In this document: in pieces, positions 26,363 through 36,115 of the stretch
Layout: each line of letters begins with the position of its first letter
Numbering within the stretch: position 1 is the first letter of the stretch
Source of the DNA: Podarcis muralis
Lineage: Eukaryota
DNA: 64,000 bases
Direction: 5' to 3'
NCBI RefSeq assembly: GCF_964188315.1
Contig: NC_135658.1
Coordinates: forward strand, 22,940,001 to 23,004,000
The notes under the pieces: model-generated
The model's input: only the letters and a program-made list of their open reading frames with translations
What the model was told of the DNA's origin: nothing
Databases searched by the model: none
Position numbers and translations under genes: made by a program

Positions 26363-26849
26363 ACAAACCATGCTAGAATACTTTCCCAGTAAAGAAATGA
26401 ATTTAACAGAATCTCTCCTGATCAACCTCAGGGTAGGCGAAGAGGAAACCAGCCCATCACCTGGTTGCTGATATCTTGCCCATCATTCCTTAACACTTCT
26501 CCACCTTTTAGACAAAGGAGAAGAATAATAGACTTAAGAGTACAGCCATTGCCTATGCTCCCCGCCCCCTTCTCACAGAGGTCTAAAACTATGTTCTGGG
26601 AAGCATTCAGAAAGAAAGTAGGGGAAGAACTTTAGAGAGAGCTGAATGTGACAACATCTCAGGAGCAAACCTTACCTTCAGTGAGAAACCATGAGCATAA
26701 GATCCTGCTGGACAAAACTGGATTGCACCCCAAATACCCCACGGTCCTCCATTTGACACTGTGAGGATAGAATTATAGTTTCTGGCTTCTGCAGGCGCAA
26801 GGGAGCAGGAGAGGGTCAAGAAGACCACAGCCAGGATGGTAAAATCCAT
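22918..26849 (-). CDS. VMO1: VMO1-like gene B, exons 26849-26676, 25102-25008, 23212-22918; 187 aa
   Basis: [58 protein letters not shown] / [31 protein letters not shown] / PWGSW...[12 protein letters not shown]...[18 protein letters not shown] sites, three DDTA(L/A)N repeats, 8 Cys, TATAAA about 55 nt upstream of the ATG. Confidence 0.95.
23921..24192 (-). mobile_element. BovB 3' fragment (272 bp) in intron 2 of gene B
   Basis: 11-bp TSD acaaacacttt at 23910-23920 and 24193-24203. Confidence 0.9.
24416..24525. mobile_element. hAT MITE
   Basis: TIR cagagctttccaaact; TSD ccttaata/ccttaatg. Confidence 0.75.
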
Positions 26850-26901
26850 GGAAAGTAATCTGCTCTGAATCGAGGTGCAGAAAGTTAAAGAAAGTTGGGA
26901 A

Positions 26902-26907
26902 TTTATA
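26902..26907 (-). promoter_or_regulatory. TATA box of gene B
   Basis: gggcTATAAAttccc, conserved at the same spacing in B, D, E, F and the orphan exon 1. Confidence 0.75.
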
Positions 26908-27716
26908 GCCCAGGACTTTGAGCTGTGCTGCTATTTCCAGAACTCAGTAAGAAGTCAGACAATACCACCAGAAGACAGAGTTGCATTAAATGCGCATCAT
27001 GTCAAAAAGTGGCCAGGAAGTTTACAAAAGAGTTGGATTCCCCAAACCCTCTCAGAGTTGCTGGAACTCATCCAAGGCGAAATAATCCTGCAAAAATTTA
27101 ACCTCTTCTCTATCTTTGCAATGTCCCGCAACACACTTGGGTATTATATCCACATCCTTGGAACTGCAACAATGAGAATTCAGGAGATGTGAAAGAAGGG
27201 AGAAACGTCACTAAATGCTGAGTCTAGATTTGTAAATTATACATGGTGGGGCACAGGATGGCCCCTAATGAGCCATTCTGACCTACAGTTCGCAGGCTGC
27301 AGATCATGGAAAAAACCACTACCAGAAAGAAAGAAAATTCCAGTGGAATGAGGGGTAACATATAAGTTCTAGGCAGGAGAATTGTGTGCCACATGTTAAG
27401 ATTCCCAAAATAAAAATTAACAGTATATGGTAATGACACAAACCAGGAATAGGACGGGGGGGGGATTTATGGTCTCTGTGGTTTGTACTTCCTACCCCCA
27501 TCCCAAATACAAATCTGGGACTTTACTCGTTGGCTAAATAATCTGAAAGTGAGTAGCAGGCTTGTTTCTCACTAAGCAGTTGGGCAGAATAGTGCCTCCA
27601 CATTTTTCTCTAACTGCCAGATGGGAATCCTCTGATGAACTAAACAGGCAATGTTTAGCTGATTCACCCTTAACATAGGACCTCAACTGTGGCCCTATGA
27701 TTTCTTCCCGCAGATA

Positions 27717-27942
27717 CAGTGGTGCCTTGGGTTACATATGCTTCAGGTTACATACGCTTCAGGTTACAGACTCTGCTAACCCAGAAATATTACCTCGGGT
27801 TAAGAACTTTGCTTCAGGATGAGAACAGAAATCATGCTCCGGCGGCGAGGCAGCAGCGGGAGGACCCATTAGCTAAAGTGGTACCTTCAGGTTAAGAACG
27901 AACCTCCAGAACGAATTAAGTTCTCAACCCAAGGTACCACTG
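27717..27942. mobile_element. Tigger/pogo-type MITE
   Basis: TA-cagtggtgccttgggtt...aacccaaggtaccactg-TA. Confidence 0.85.
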
Positions 27943-28347
27943 TATAATAAACATCCCTGGAGTCACAAGATAGTTGCCTAGTGAGGGAATTTCACAAGTA
28001 TGCAGGCCCTACATAGACACACACACCCCCTTTTGGCCTGACTAATCAAATAGATATGAATGACAGATGCCACTGCAGGGCCTCAGAAGCTAAACTCAAG
28101 GCCTGGGCATATAAATTTCGGTGCAGGAGGTCCTTCAGATAACCTGGCCCCAAACCACTTGCTGCTTTACAGGTAATCTGCAGCATTTTATACTGAGTCC
28201 AGAAATGAACAGGTAAGCAATGGCACTGATAAAGCATAGATATTATGTGCTCTGATCTTTTAACATAAGAAGAGTTTTGCTGGATCTGTCCACCAGCCAT
28301 CTCATCTGACATCCTGTTCTCACAGTGGGCAACCGAGTGCCTATGGA

Positions 28348-28504
28348 CAGTGGCGTAGCGTTGGTTGTCAGCACCCGGGGCAAGGCAAGTAATTTGCGCC
28401 CCCTAACCCGTGGATTTGCGCCCCATAACCCGTGGATTTGCGCCCCCTAACCCTAACCCCCAGATGTTGCGCCCGGTGCGGCCGGCCCCCACGCTATGCC
28501 ACTG
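28348..28504. mobile_element. hAT MITE with internal short tandem repeats
   Basis: cagtggcgtagc...gctatgccactg; 8-bp TSD cctatgga. Confidence 0.85.
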
Positions 28505-29026
28505 CCTATGGAAAATCAAAAACCAGTGCTTTCCCCATTGGTGATTCACAGCAAGTGTTATTCAGAGGCATATTGCCTCCAACAGTCAGTATAGCTACTC
28601 CTGTCCCCCACCAGCAACTAAGCAGATGCACTCTGTACCAGCTAACACCTTCAAAAGCAGCCCCACAGACAATGCAAGCTATTTTACTTTCTAAATTTGG
28701 ATTTAAATATGTTTCCCCACCCACCAAAATAATTTCAGTTCTAGGTTGGAAACGCCAGAGTGTGCTATGTTTGATTTCAGAACCAGCAAGATGAATTTAG
28801 ACTGTGACTCAGCACAATATCTGTATGTTGGTTAAGCAACACCTGCACAGTTGTGCCCCTTGTTTAATTTCTTTTTTTCATTTCCTCTCATTCAGAAGGG
28901 AAATGTGCAGAGTTACACAATTCAGATTGACACACCCCATTCTCCAGCTGATATTTAATGATAGTTAACATCCACGGCTACTGAAAATAGCAGAGAAACA
29001 TGGTAAGATGTGGAGACGCAGAAGGT

Positions 29027-29318
29027 TCAGAAACAGCAGTAGAGGTGTACATCATTAAGTGCTGTGTCATCACTCAGGCCTTGTTTATCCTCCACCTTTG
29101 TCTGTATCCCACAGATAGAACCAGTGCAACGACGACTCAGTGAGCCAAAATGACCCCTGTTAAGTCCATGACCCTTCAGCACCTCTCCATCTTTGCAGAT
29201 GAACATGATGTTGTTGGCTGCTGTATCATCATCTATGCCCCGGCCTTCTTCCACTCTCAGAGAGAAAGAGACCAGATTGCCTCTGGAACAATATTGGGCC
29301 TGTGTCCAGGATCCCCAC
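29027..29318 (-). pseudogene. VMO1: Orphan VMO1-like exon 3 (open frame; its exons 1-2 are not found upstream)
   Basis: ttgacag|G TGG GGA acceptor, then [36 protein letters not shown]...[14 protein letters not shown]. No exon-2-like sequence between 29319 and 30915. Confidence 0.8.
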
Positions 29319-29550
29319 CTGTCAAAGATGACATCAATGTTAATTAGAAATGCACAAACATCCCTCTGCTTGCTCAAAACAGGATGAAGCCTTTGTGAGC
29401 ATTCCAACTGGATGCTCCAAAAGTCTCATTCATGTGTTCACACTGTACCTGCCTCTGCCTGTCCTTCCTTTCCCAACACTCTCTCCTCCCAGTGAAGGTA
29501 GTGGCCCTTGGCCAGGAGCACAGAATTAGGTATCATTGGTACATGGGTAT

Positions 29551-29805
29551 AGGTAAAGGTAAAGGGACCCCTGACCATTAGGTCCAGTCGTGGCTCACTC
29601 TGGGGTTGCAGCGCTCATCTCACTTTATTGGCCGAGGGAGCTGGCATACTGTCTAACCATCTCGTCCTCTGTCGTCCCCTTCTCCTTGTGCTTTTGATCT
29701 TTGTGATCTTTCCCAACATCAGGGTCTTTTCCAGGGAGTCTTCTCTTCTCATTAGGTGGCCAAAGTATTGGAGCCTCAGCTTCAGGAACTGTCCTTCCAG
29801 TGAGC
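29551..29805. mobile_element. Chimeric junction: Sauria SINE 5' part (+) fused to a BovB fragment (-)
   Basis: The SINE head stops at ...gggagctggc and continues directly into antisense BovB. Confidence 0.8.
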
Positions 29806-30915
29806 ACCCTAACAGATACAATGAGAATTCAGGAAAGGTGAAAGACATGAGAAAGTGCCACCACGTGCCGAGGATGGGATTGTGAATCTCACATAGGGAC
29901 AGCCAGGACTGGTCCCAGCCTGAGCCATTGTCACCTACGCAGCTTACATGGGCTAGTGGATCATGCAGGCCCACTCCAATGCTCCTAGGACCACACACTA
30001 CCATCAGCAACACCATGCCAGTTGATCATGCAGCCACTTCTATGGATAGCCATGGTGGGAGCCCAGGACCCTCCTTCAAAGTGAGGCATTGTGGATTATG
30101 TCAGCCTGGAGAACACCTGTCCTAAGATCTTATATAAACTTGCAATGTCTGCTTTATAGAAGTTAAGGAAGGCATGTTAGCCCATAACGGCCTTCTCAGG
30201 GATTGTGGTTGTTGTAGTACAGCAAAAAAAAGGGTTTTTTTATTTTTTGAAAGCTGCCTGCACATCTTGCTTCAAAACATTCATTCTAATGGGCCTAGAG
30301 GCTTCCTGCAGCTGGCAAACTCCTTTCCTCCCTGCCGCTTATTTATGGCCATTTATCCTTAGCTGTAATCCTTATTCTTTCCTGCCTGTGACAATTTTTC
30401 CCCATGATGCTTTCCCATCCATATATGGTGTTGTATCCTTTATTCCTGCAACTGTTGGTTGTTCTGTCATGTCTCGGGAGAAGCTGTTATCTTACAGTTT
30501 CCGAAACTCACTGCATCGCTTTGTCCAATTCAGCTTCCAATAAACAAGCCGTCTTTGCTGTTTTTCCAGCCTAGGAAGAACAGTCTGAATCCAGACTGCA
30601 GATCGTTAATCCAAAAACTTCTCTTCTTGCAGCTGGCAAACTCCTTTCCTCCCTGCCGCTTATTTATGGATTTATGGCCATTCATCCTTATCTCCTTAAC
30701 ACATTCCTTTGTGGATAATCGAGGTTAGGGAGCATTTGAAAGCAATTCTGGCCATTTGGCCTAGCATCTCCTTAGTTAAGAGTCCATCCCTGTCCTATTG
30801 CTTCCCCACATTTCTTGTTGAGTTCAAAAACTGTGTTCTGGGGAGTGTTCAAAAAAAACAACAAAGGAAGGAGAGAGAGATCTGATTGTGAAAGCAACCC
30901 AACAGCAAACCTTAC

Positions 30916-31086
30916 CTTCAGTGAGAAGCCATGAGCATATCCCCGTGGACAAAATTGGATCATCCCCCAAGTGCCCCATGGTCCTCCATTTGTCACTGTG
31001 AGGATAGAATTATAGTTCTTGTCTTCTGCATGGGCAAGGCAGCTGAAGAGGATCAAGAAGAGCATAGTAGTGATGGTGAAGTCCAT
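30916..31086 (-). pseudogene. VMO1: Orphan VMO1-like exon 1 with promoter and partial intron 1
   Basis: [57 protein letters not shown]|gtaagg. TATAAA at 31153-31148. Differs from gene E exon 1 at 4 of 171 nt. No downstream exon 2; direct splicing to the orphan exon 3 would frameshift (phase 0 to phase 2). Confidence 0.8.
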
Positions 31087-31400
31087 GGAAAGCAATCTAT
31101 TCTGAATAATGTGGAAAGAGTCCATCAAAGAATAGCAGCCTTGAGAATTTATAGCCCAGAAATTTCAGCTGTGTCACTTACTTCAGAACACAGTAAGAGA
31201 TTAGGTAACACCACCTGTAGACAGAGTTTCGTTAAAACCACATCATTTCAGCAGTGGCAAGGAACGTTGTGAAACAGGTTGATTCCACTGAACTACCCAG
31301 GGTTACTGTGAATCTGATCTTGAACTCAACCAAAGGGAATTAATCTTGCAAAAATTAATCTCCTCTGCCTCCACTGTGTACAGCAACACACTTGGGTATT

Positions 31401-31675
31401 CTGTTGTTGTCGTTTAGTCATTTAGTCGTGTCTGACTCTTCATTGACCCCATGGAACAGAGCACGCCAGGCACTTCTGTCTTCCACTGTCTCCCGCAGTT
31501 TGGTCAGACTCATGTTTGTAGCTTCGAGAACACTGTCCAACCATCTTTTCCTGTCGTCCCCTTCTCCTTGTGCCCTCCATCTTTCCCAACATCAGGGTCT
31601 TTTCCAGGGAGTCTTCTCTTCTCATGAGGTGGACAAAGTATTGGAGCCTCAGCTTCAGGATCTGTCCTTCCAGTG
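31401..31675 (-). mobile_element. BovB 3' fragment upstream of the orphan exon 1
   Basis: [28 protein letters not shown]. Empty site visible in the gene B promoter (about 27140) and the gene E promoter (about 42690). Confidence 0.88.
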
Positions 31676-32816
31676 GGGGGCCACTAGGGGGTGCATTGGA
31701 AGATGGCTGACAATACCATCTCTCCGACCCACACGGGGTAATTAAGAGGCTGTTATGGGAGTAGGCAGCCTCCCTTGTTGCCCCAAGGAAATAGGGAACA
31801 CTGCCCTTGCCTGCTGTGCCCATAAATAACCCTGTAATTCGAAAGAAGGGGGTGAGGGCCCTAGGCAGAATGCCCCCGTGTGGACCTCGGCTCTCCTGGA
31901 CGCTGTCTCTGATCGCGCACTAGCTGCAGCAATTTGGAATAATTAATTACAAAAGAAGCAAATGCACATATTTCAAGTGAAGAAGGGGAGTGAAGTCTGC
32001 TAATTGAAGTGACCTCTGCGAAAGAAGACGACAGGTTGGAGAAACAGGAATATTTTACGATGAAGATACACCAAAGGCTGGGTATGTTGACAACGGGACT
32101 GAATGGGGGGGGGGGGGACCTTTTTTACTTTCCTTCTATGTGATTTACAAGAACCCCTCCTCATTAGAATCGTCGGTTGAACTGACCCAAGCAGGATGAT
32201 TAAGGTCTGTGTGGAGATAAACTTTAACCAAAAGTATGCTTTATGGAGATCGAGAAGCAATAAGAGCTTTTGGAATGGCGCAGCAATTAATTCGGAGTCG
32301 CCATCTTGCCAAAGGATTTATAGCCGAGAGAAGGAACGGACTTGTTTTCAGACTGCATTCCTGGTGAATCTCCTCAGAGGTTTTGAGAAAGGAGGCAGAT
32401 TGGTGAAGATTAATGACGCTAAGACTGTTTTGATGTATGGAAGTGATGTTACATGGAAAACGTCTGGATATGGCTACTGGATAATATATATATATATATC
32501 CACGCCAGTTTACAAACTGTCTAACCAGCTTGTGGAGACTATCAGAGGTCACAAAGAGAAAGGAAAAATATATGAAAATAACAACAAGAGATGTGGAAAA
32601 ACAAGAAGAAAGGACTGGATAGTACTGTGAACATCATAAGGTTAGATTTGTGGACATTAAAACAGCAGTAAGAAGCAAGAAGTTGATTGGATCCACTTCA
32701 GAACTTGAAATATGGGTACCCCCAACAAAAATTTAAAATTCGGCTATGTAATTTGGAATTTATGTAATTTGGTTTGATTTGATGTGATTGGTCGGTTAAT
32801 AAAAAATTACTCTTAA
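31676..32816 (+). mobile_element. Internally deleted L1-like element inserted into the BovB fragment
   Basis: Starts ggggg...ggaagatggctga and ends AATAAA-aaattactcttaa. 17-bp TSD gatctgtccttccagtg at 31659-31675 and 32817-32833. Confidence 0.72.
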
Positions 32817-33059
32817 GATCTGTCCTTCCAGTGAGCACCCTAACAGATACAATGAGAATTCAGGAAAGGTGAAAGACAAGAGAAAGTGCCACTACATGAA
32901 GGCACCACCTGTAGATAGATTTGCATTAAATACCTATTGTATGTCAATATTGGCTAGGGGGTTAAGGAAATAGTTTGATTCTGAGAAGCTTCTCAGAGTA
33001 GCAGGGTATTTGAGTTGGACCTCTTCAAGCCAAAATAAACCTGCAAAAAGAAGACATGA

Positions 33060-33705
33060 TTTAGTTATACCGCATCTAGATTCTAAAGAGAAATAATAGA
33101 AGAGAATGGTAAATTATTAAACTTATAGTTTATTGTTAGAATGGGAGACAAAAGATGAGGAGGTAAAATCAGTAATGATTAAATGGGCACAAGATATAGG
33201 ACATAATATACAAATGGAAGATTGGGGAAAGTTATGGCAAAGTAATTTAAAATTTACGGACTGCATACTGTTGAAAGAGAATTATATGAAAATGATGTAT
33301 AGATGGTATATTACACCGGTGAAATTGGCCAAAATGTATAGAACAAGCTCCAACAAATGCTGGAAATGCAAAGAAAAGGAAGGTACTTTTTTCATATGTG
33401 GTGGAATTGTAAAATAATTAGAAACTATTAGGATATGATTTATAATGAATTGGAAAAAAAATGTTCAAGATAACCTTTGCTAAATACCAGAAGCCTTTTT
33501 ATTAGGTATTGTAGGTCAAGATTTACCAAAAGACAAGAATTTATTTATGTATGCAACAACAGCAGCCAGAATTCTACTAGCTCAAAGACGGAAAAGCGAT
33601 GAAATACCAACGAAAGAACAATGCAAGAAAAGTTGATGGAATACACTGAAATGGCTAAGATAACTGAGAGACTTAAAGATAAAGGCAATACGGACTTTTT
33701 AAAAA
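33060..33705 (+). mobile_element. Degenerate L1/Tx1 ORF2 C-terminal fragment
   Basis: YRWYITPVKLAKMY...CWKCKEKEGTFF. Confidence 0.85.
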
Positions 33706-34169
33706 GATTGCCAGGACCCCCACAAAAACCCTTAAGCCATCACAGCTTTTCATTAAGTCATGCAGGGTCAGGGCCAGATTAAGAGCGTTAGAAGCCTTAA
33801 AGGAGAGCTTTCCAAACTTTATGCCATGATGCATTAGTTTGTCAGCTGCCGTGTGAAGGTGTGTTACTCAAATGCTTCCCATGCTCCTTGGTGAGGAGCC
33901 TTGGTGGGCCGAGTAGCATTTTACCAGTTAGTCTAATTTTGTTGTATCAATATATATCATTAATCTCTATTATTACTATTTTATTATTGTTTATTATTAT
34001 TTACTGCTGTTGTGGTGGTATATATGCCTGTAATTCTTCCATTTGTTGTGGGAGCCTTTTCCCCTCAGCTGCAATATATGGTCCATGATAAATCTGGCAA
34101 AGGAAAATTTCTGTGGTGCCCCCCTTTTCTTGATAAGCGTGTGCTTATTTTGCCTAATAATAATGATAA

Positions 34170-34405
34170 TGATAATTTATTATTTATACCCCGCCCCTCT
34201 GGTTGAGTTTCCCTAGCCACTCTGGGCGGCTCCAATTGAGTGTTAAAAACAATACAGCATTAAATATTAAAAACTTCCCTAAACAGGGCTGCCTTCAAAT
34301 GTATTTTAAAGATAAGATAGCTGCTTATTTCCTTCACATCTGAAGGGAGGGCGTTCCACAGAGCGGGCGCCGCTACTGAGCAGGCCCCCTGTCTGGTTCC
34401 CTGTA
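34170..34405 (-). mobile_element. L2-type LINE 3' fragment (similar piece at about 63770-63930)
   Basis: acagggctgccttcaaatg...gggagggcgttccacagagcgggcgcc; absent at the paralogous site near 47790. Confidence 0.65.
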
Positions 34406-36115
34406 AAGGAAAAAGCTTAATCCAGCCTTGTGCAGAGTCCCAAATTCTACAAACAGGGAAAGGGAGTGGGGAAGGGCGAGTGTGTGGGAAGGAGATGGCC
34501 CAACCCCTCACAGTGATGCACTGGGACCTGCAGGGAGGAGAGGGGGTTGGGCACCAGCTGCTGCTATTGCGGCTCCGCTTCTCAGTTCCACCAGTTGGTA
34601 CCGCTCAACGCATCCGACCAGGGTGATGGTAGTGGCAGGAGTGGCCTAAGGGTGCCTGGCTCAGGCAGGTGCGCAGGGGTCATAGCCGCTGACCATAGAT
34701 ACTATGTTACTGGCGCAGAAGTGCTGCCTTGAAACATCTGGTGCGGGAGCCTCTACTGACACCCAAGGCTGGTTCATGGAAGCCTTGTGGTTCTACCATA
34801 TATCATCAAAGGCTGCTGCATATAACCAAGACATTTACCAGTACAGTATTGTGACTTACGCCTCCTGGTGACAGCCATTTGGGCAGCTCAGCCAGCCCTG
34901 CTCTTTCCCCGTATTCCAATGGGGGGTGGAGGGGGATGGAATCCACTGGAGCAGTCAAGTACAACATTACCTGTTTGGCTAGAGTGGACATGCAGGGGAA
35001 TGTTGGTCCAGCCAGTTTAAACTTCCTGTTATACCTGGCTGGGGCATCCTTTCCTTTGCATGTGACCAGTAGGTGGGCGTGACCTTTCCAGACCTGGTAA
35101 AAGGCCAAGACACGTAGCCACCTCCCTTCTTTTTCGTCCTGCCTGCTTCCTGCTTCACCTGAACTGCACTGCTGGCTCTCTCAGCCAGCAGTCCCTGGGT
35201 TATCTCCCATATGGGGTAAACCTATTTCTATGTATCTGTAACTTTAAGCCTAAAGCCTGCCTCCAGGGATCACACTGTGCTCTGCCTGATCATGAGTAAG
35301 CTTATTTTTGTTACTTATGAATAAGACTGTTGTGTCTTTATTCTTTTAGGAGGGATTAAAGGGGTCTTACCAGGAACATATCCCAATCTGGGCAAGCCAG
35401 ATTGAATTGCTTATTATTTTAAGAGATTCTAACGAGTCTGCAACCAACTTCCTGCTGTGTGATATGGGAATGTACTCTGCTATATGAAGAAATTTGCTAG
35501 CGCAAGTTAGGAAGGATAATATTAATCAATCTATCCTCTCCTGTTGCCCACAACTTTCCCACAGGCAGGTGCATTCTGCCAGCTGACATTTCTAAGCCAC
35601 CTTTAAAAGCATCCTCTCACAGGTGATTTTCAAATCTGAAGCTGAGGCATTGTGATTCCCTGCTTCCCACTCCCACACACACACAAAAAACAAGTTCAGT
35701 TCTAGGCCAAAAAAGAACCCGAAAATGTCAGTGTGGGGCTAAGGAAGCCCTCTTGGTGCCAACGTTGTCTGTTTTTAGCCCCAGACAAAAGCATTTTTAT
35801 TTACCCAGGTTTTGGCCCTTGATTTGGAGGGTAACCAGTTATGTCTGTGGCCTCTTTTTGAGTCAAGTCTCGGGACCAAATGGAAAGGACTCAGACTGTG
35901 ATTCAGCACACTGTGTCTTTGTTTGTTAATCAACACCTGCATAGTTGTGCCCCTTCTTTAGTATTTTTCATTGCTTCTTATCCAGAAGTGATAGGTGCAG
36001 AATTCTGTTCAAAAGAATCACACAGAATTCTCAAGACAATATTTAATAGTCGTTAACCTTCATGACTACCAAAAAGTAGCAGATATAAGCTGTAAAGGGT
36101 GCAGGTACATAGAGT

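Noticed and set aside
26607-26675. ORF-track extensions of exon 1 (VRFAPEML..., VRFPPGLL..., VNAYL) and N-terminal extensions of the exon 2/3 ORFs
   Set aside because: They run through canonical GT donors or AG acceptors shared by all paralogs; they are intronic read-through, not protein.
26850-27300. Search for a full estrogen response element (GGTCAnnnTGACC) near the VMO1 promoters
   Set aside because: No perfect palindrome found by eye, so estrogen control cannot be claimed from this sequence.
28366-28460. Short tandem units (gatttgcgccccctaacccgtg) resembling a CRISPR or telomeric array
   Set aside because: No unique spacers; internal to a hAT MITE with an 8-bp TSD in a vertebrate genome.
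31087-31128. Upstream in-frame start giving MMDSFHIIQNRLLSM
   Set aside because: It lies about 25 nt from the TATA box, at or before the expected TSS, and the frame is not kept in gene E.
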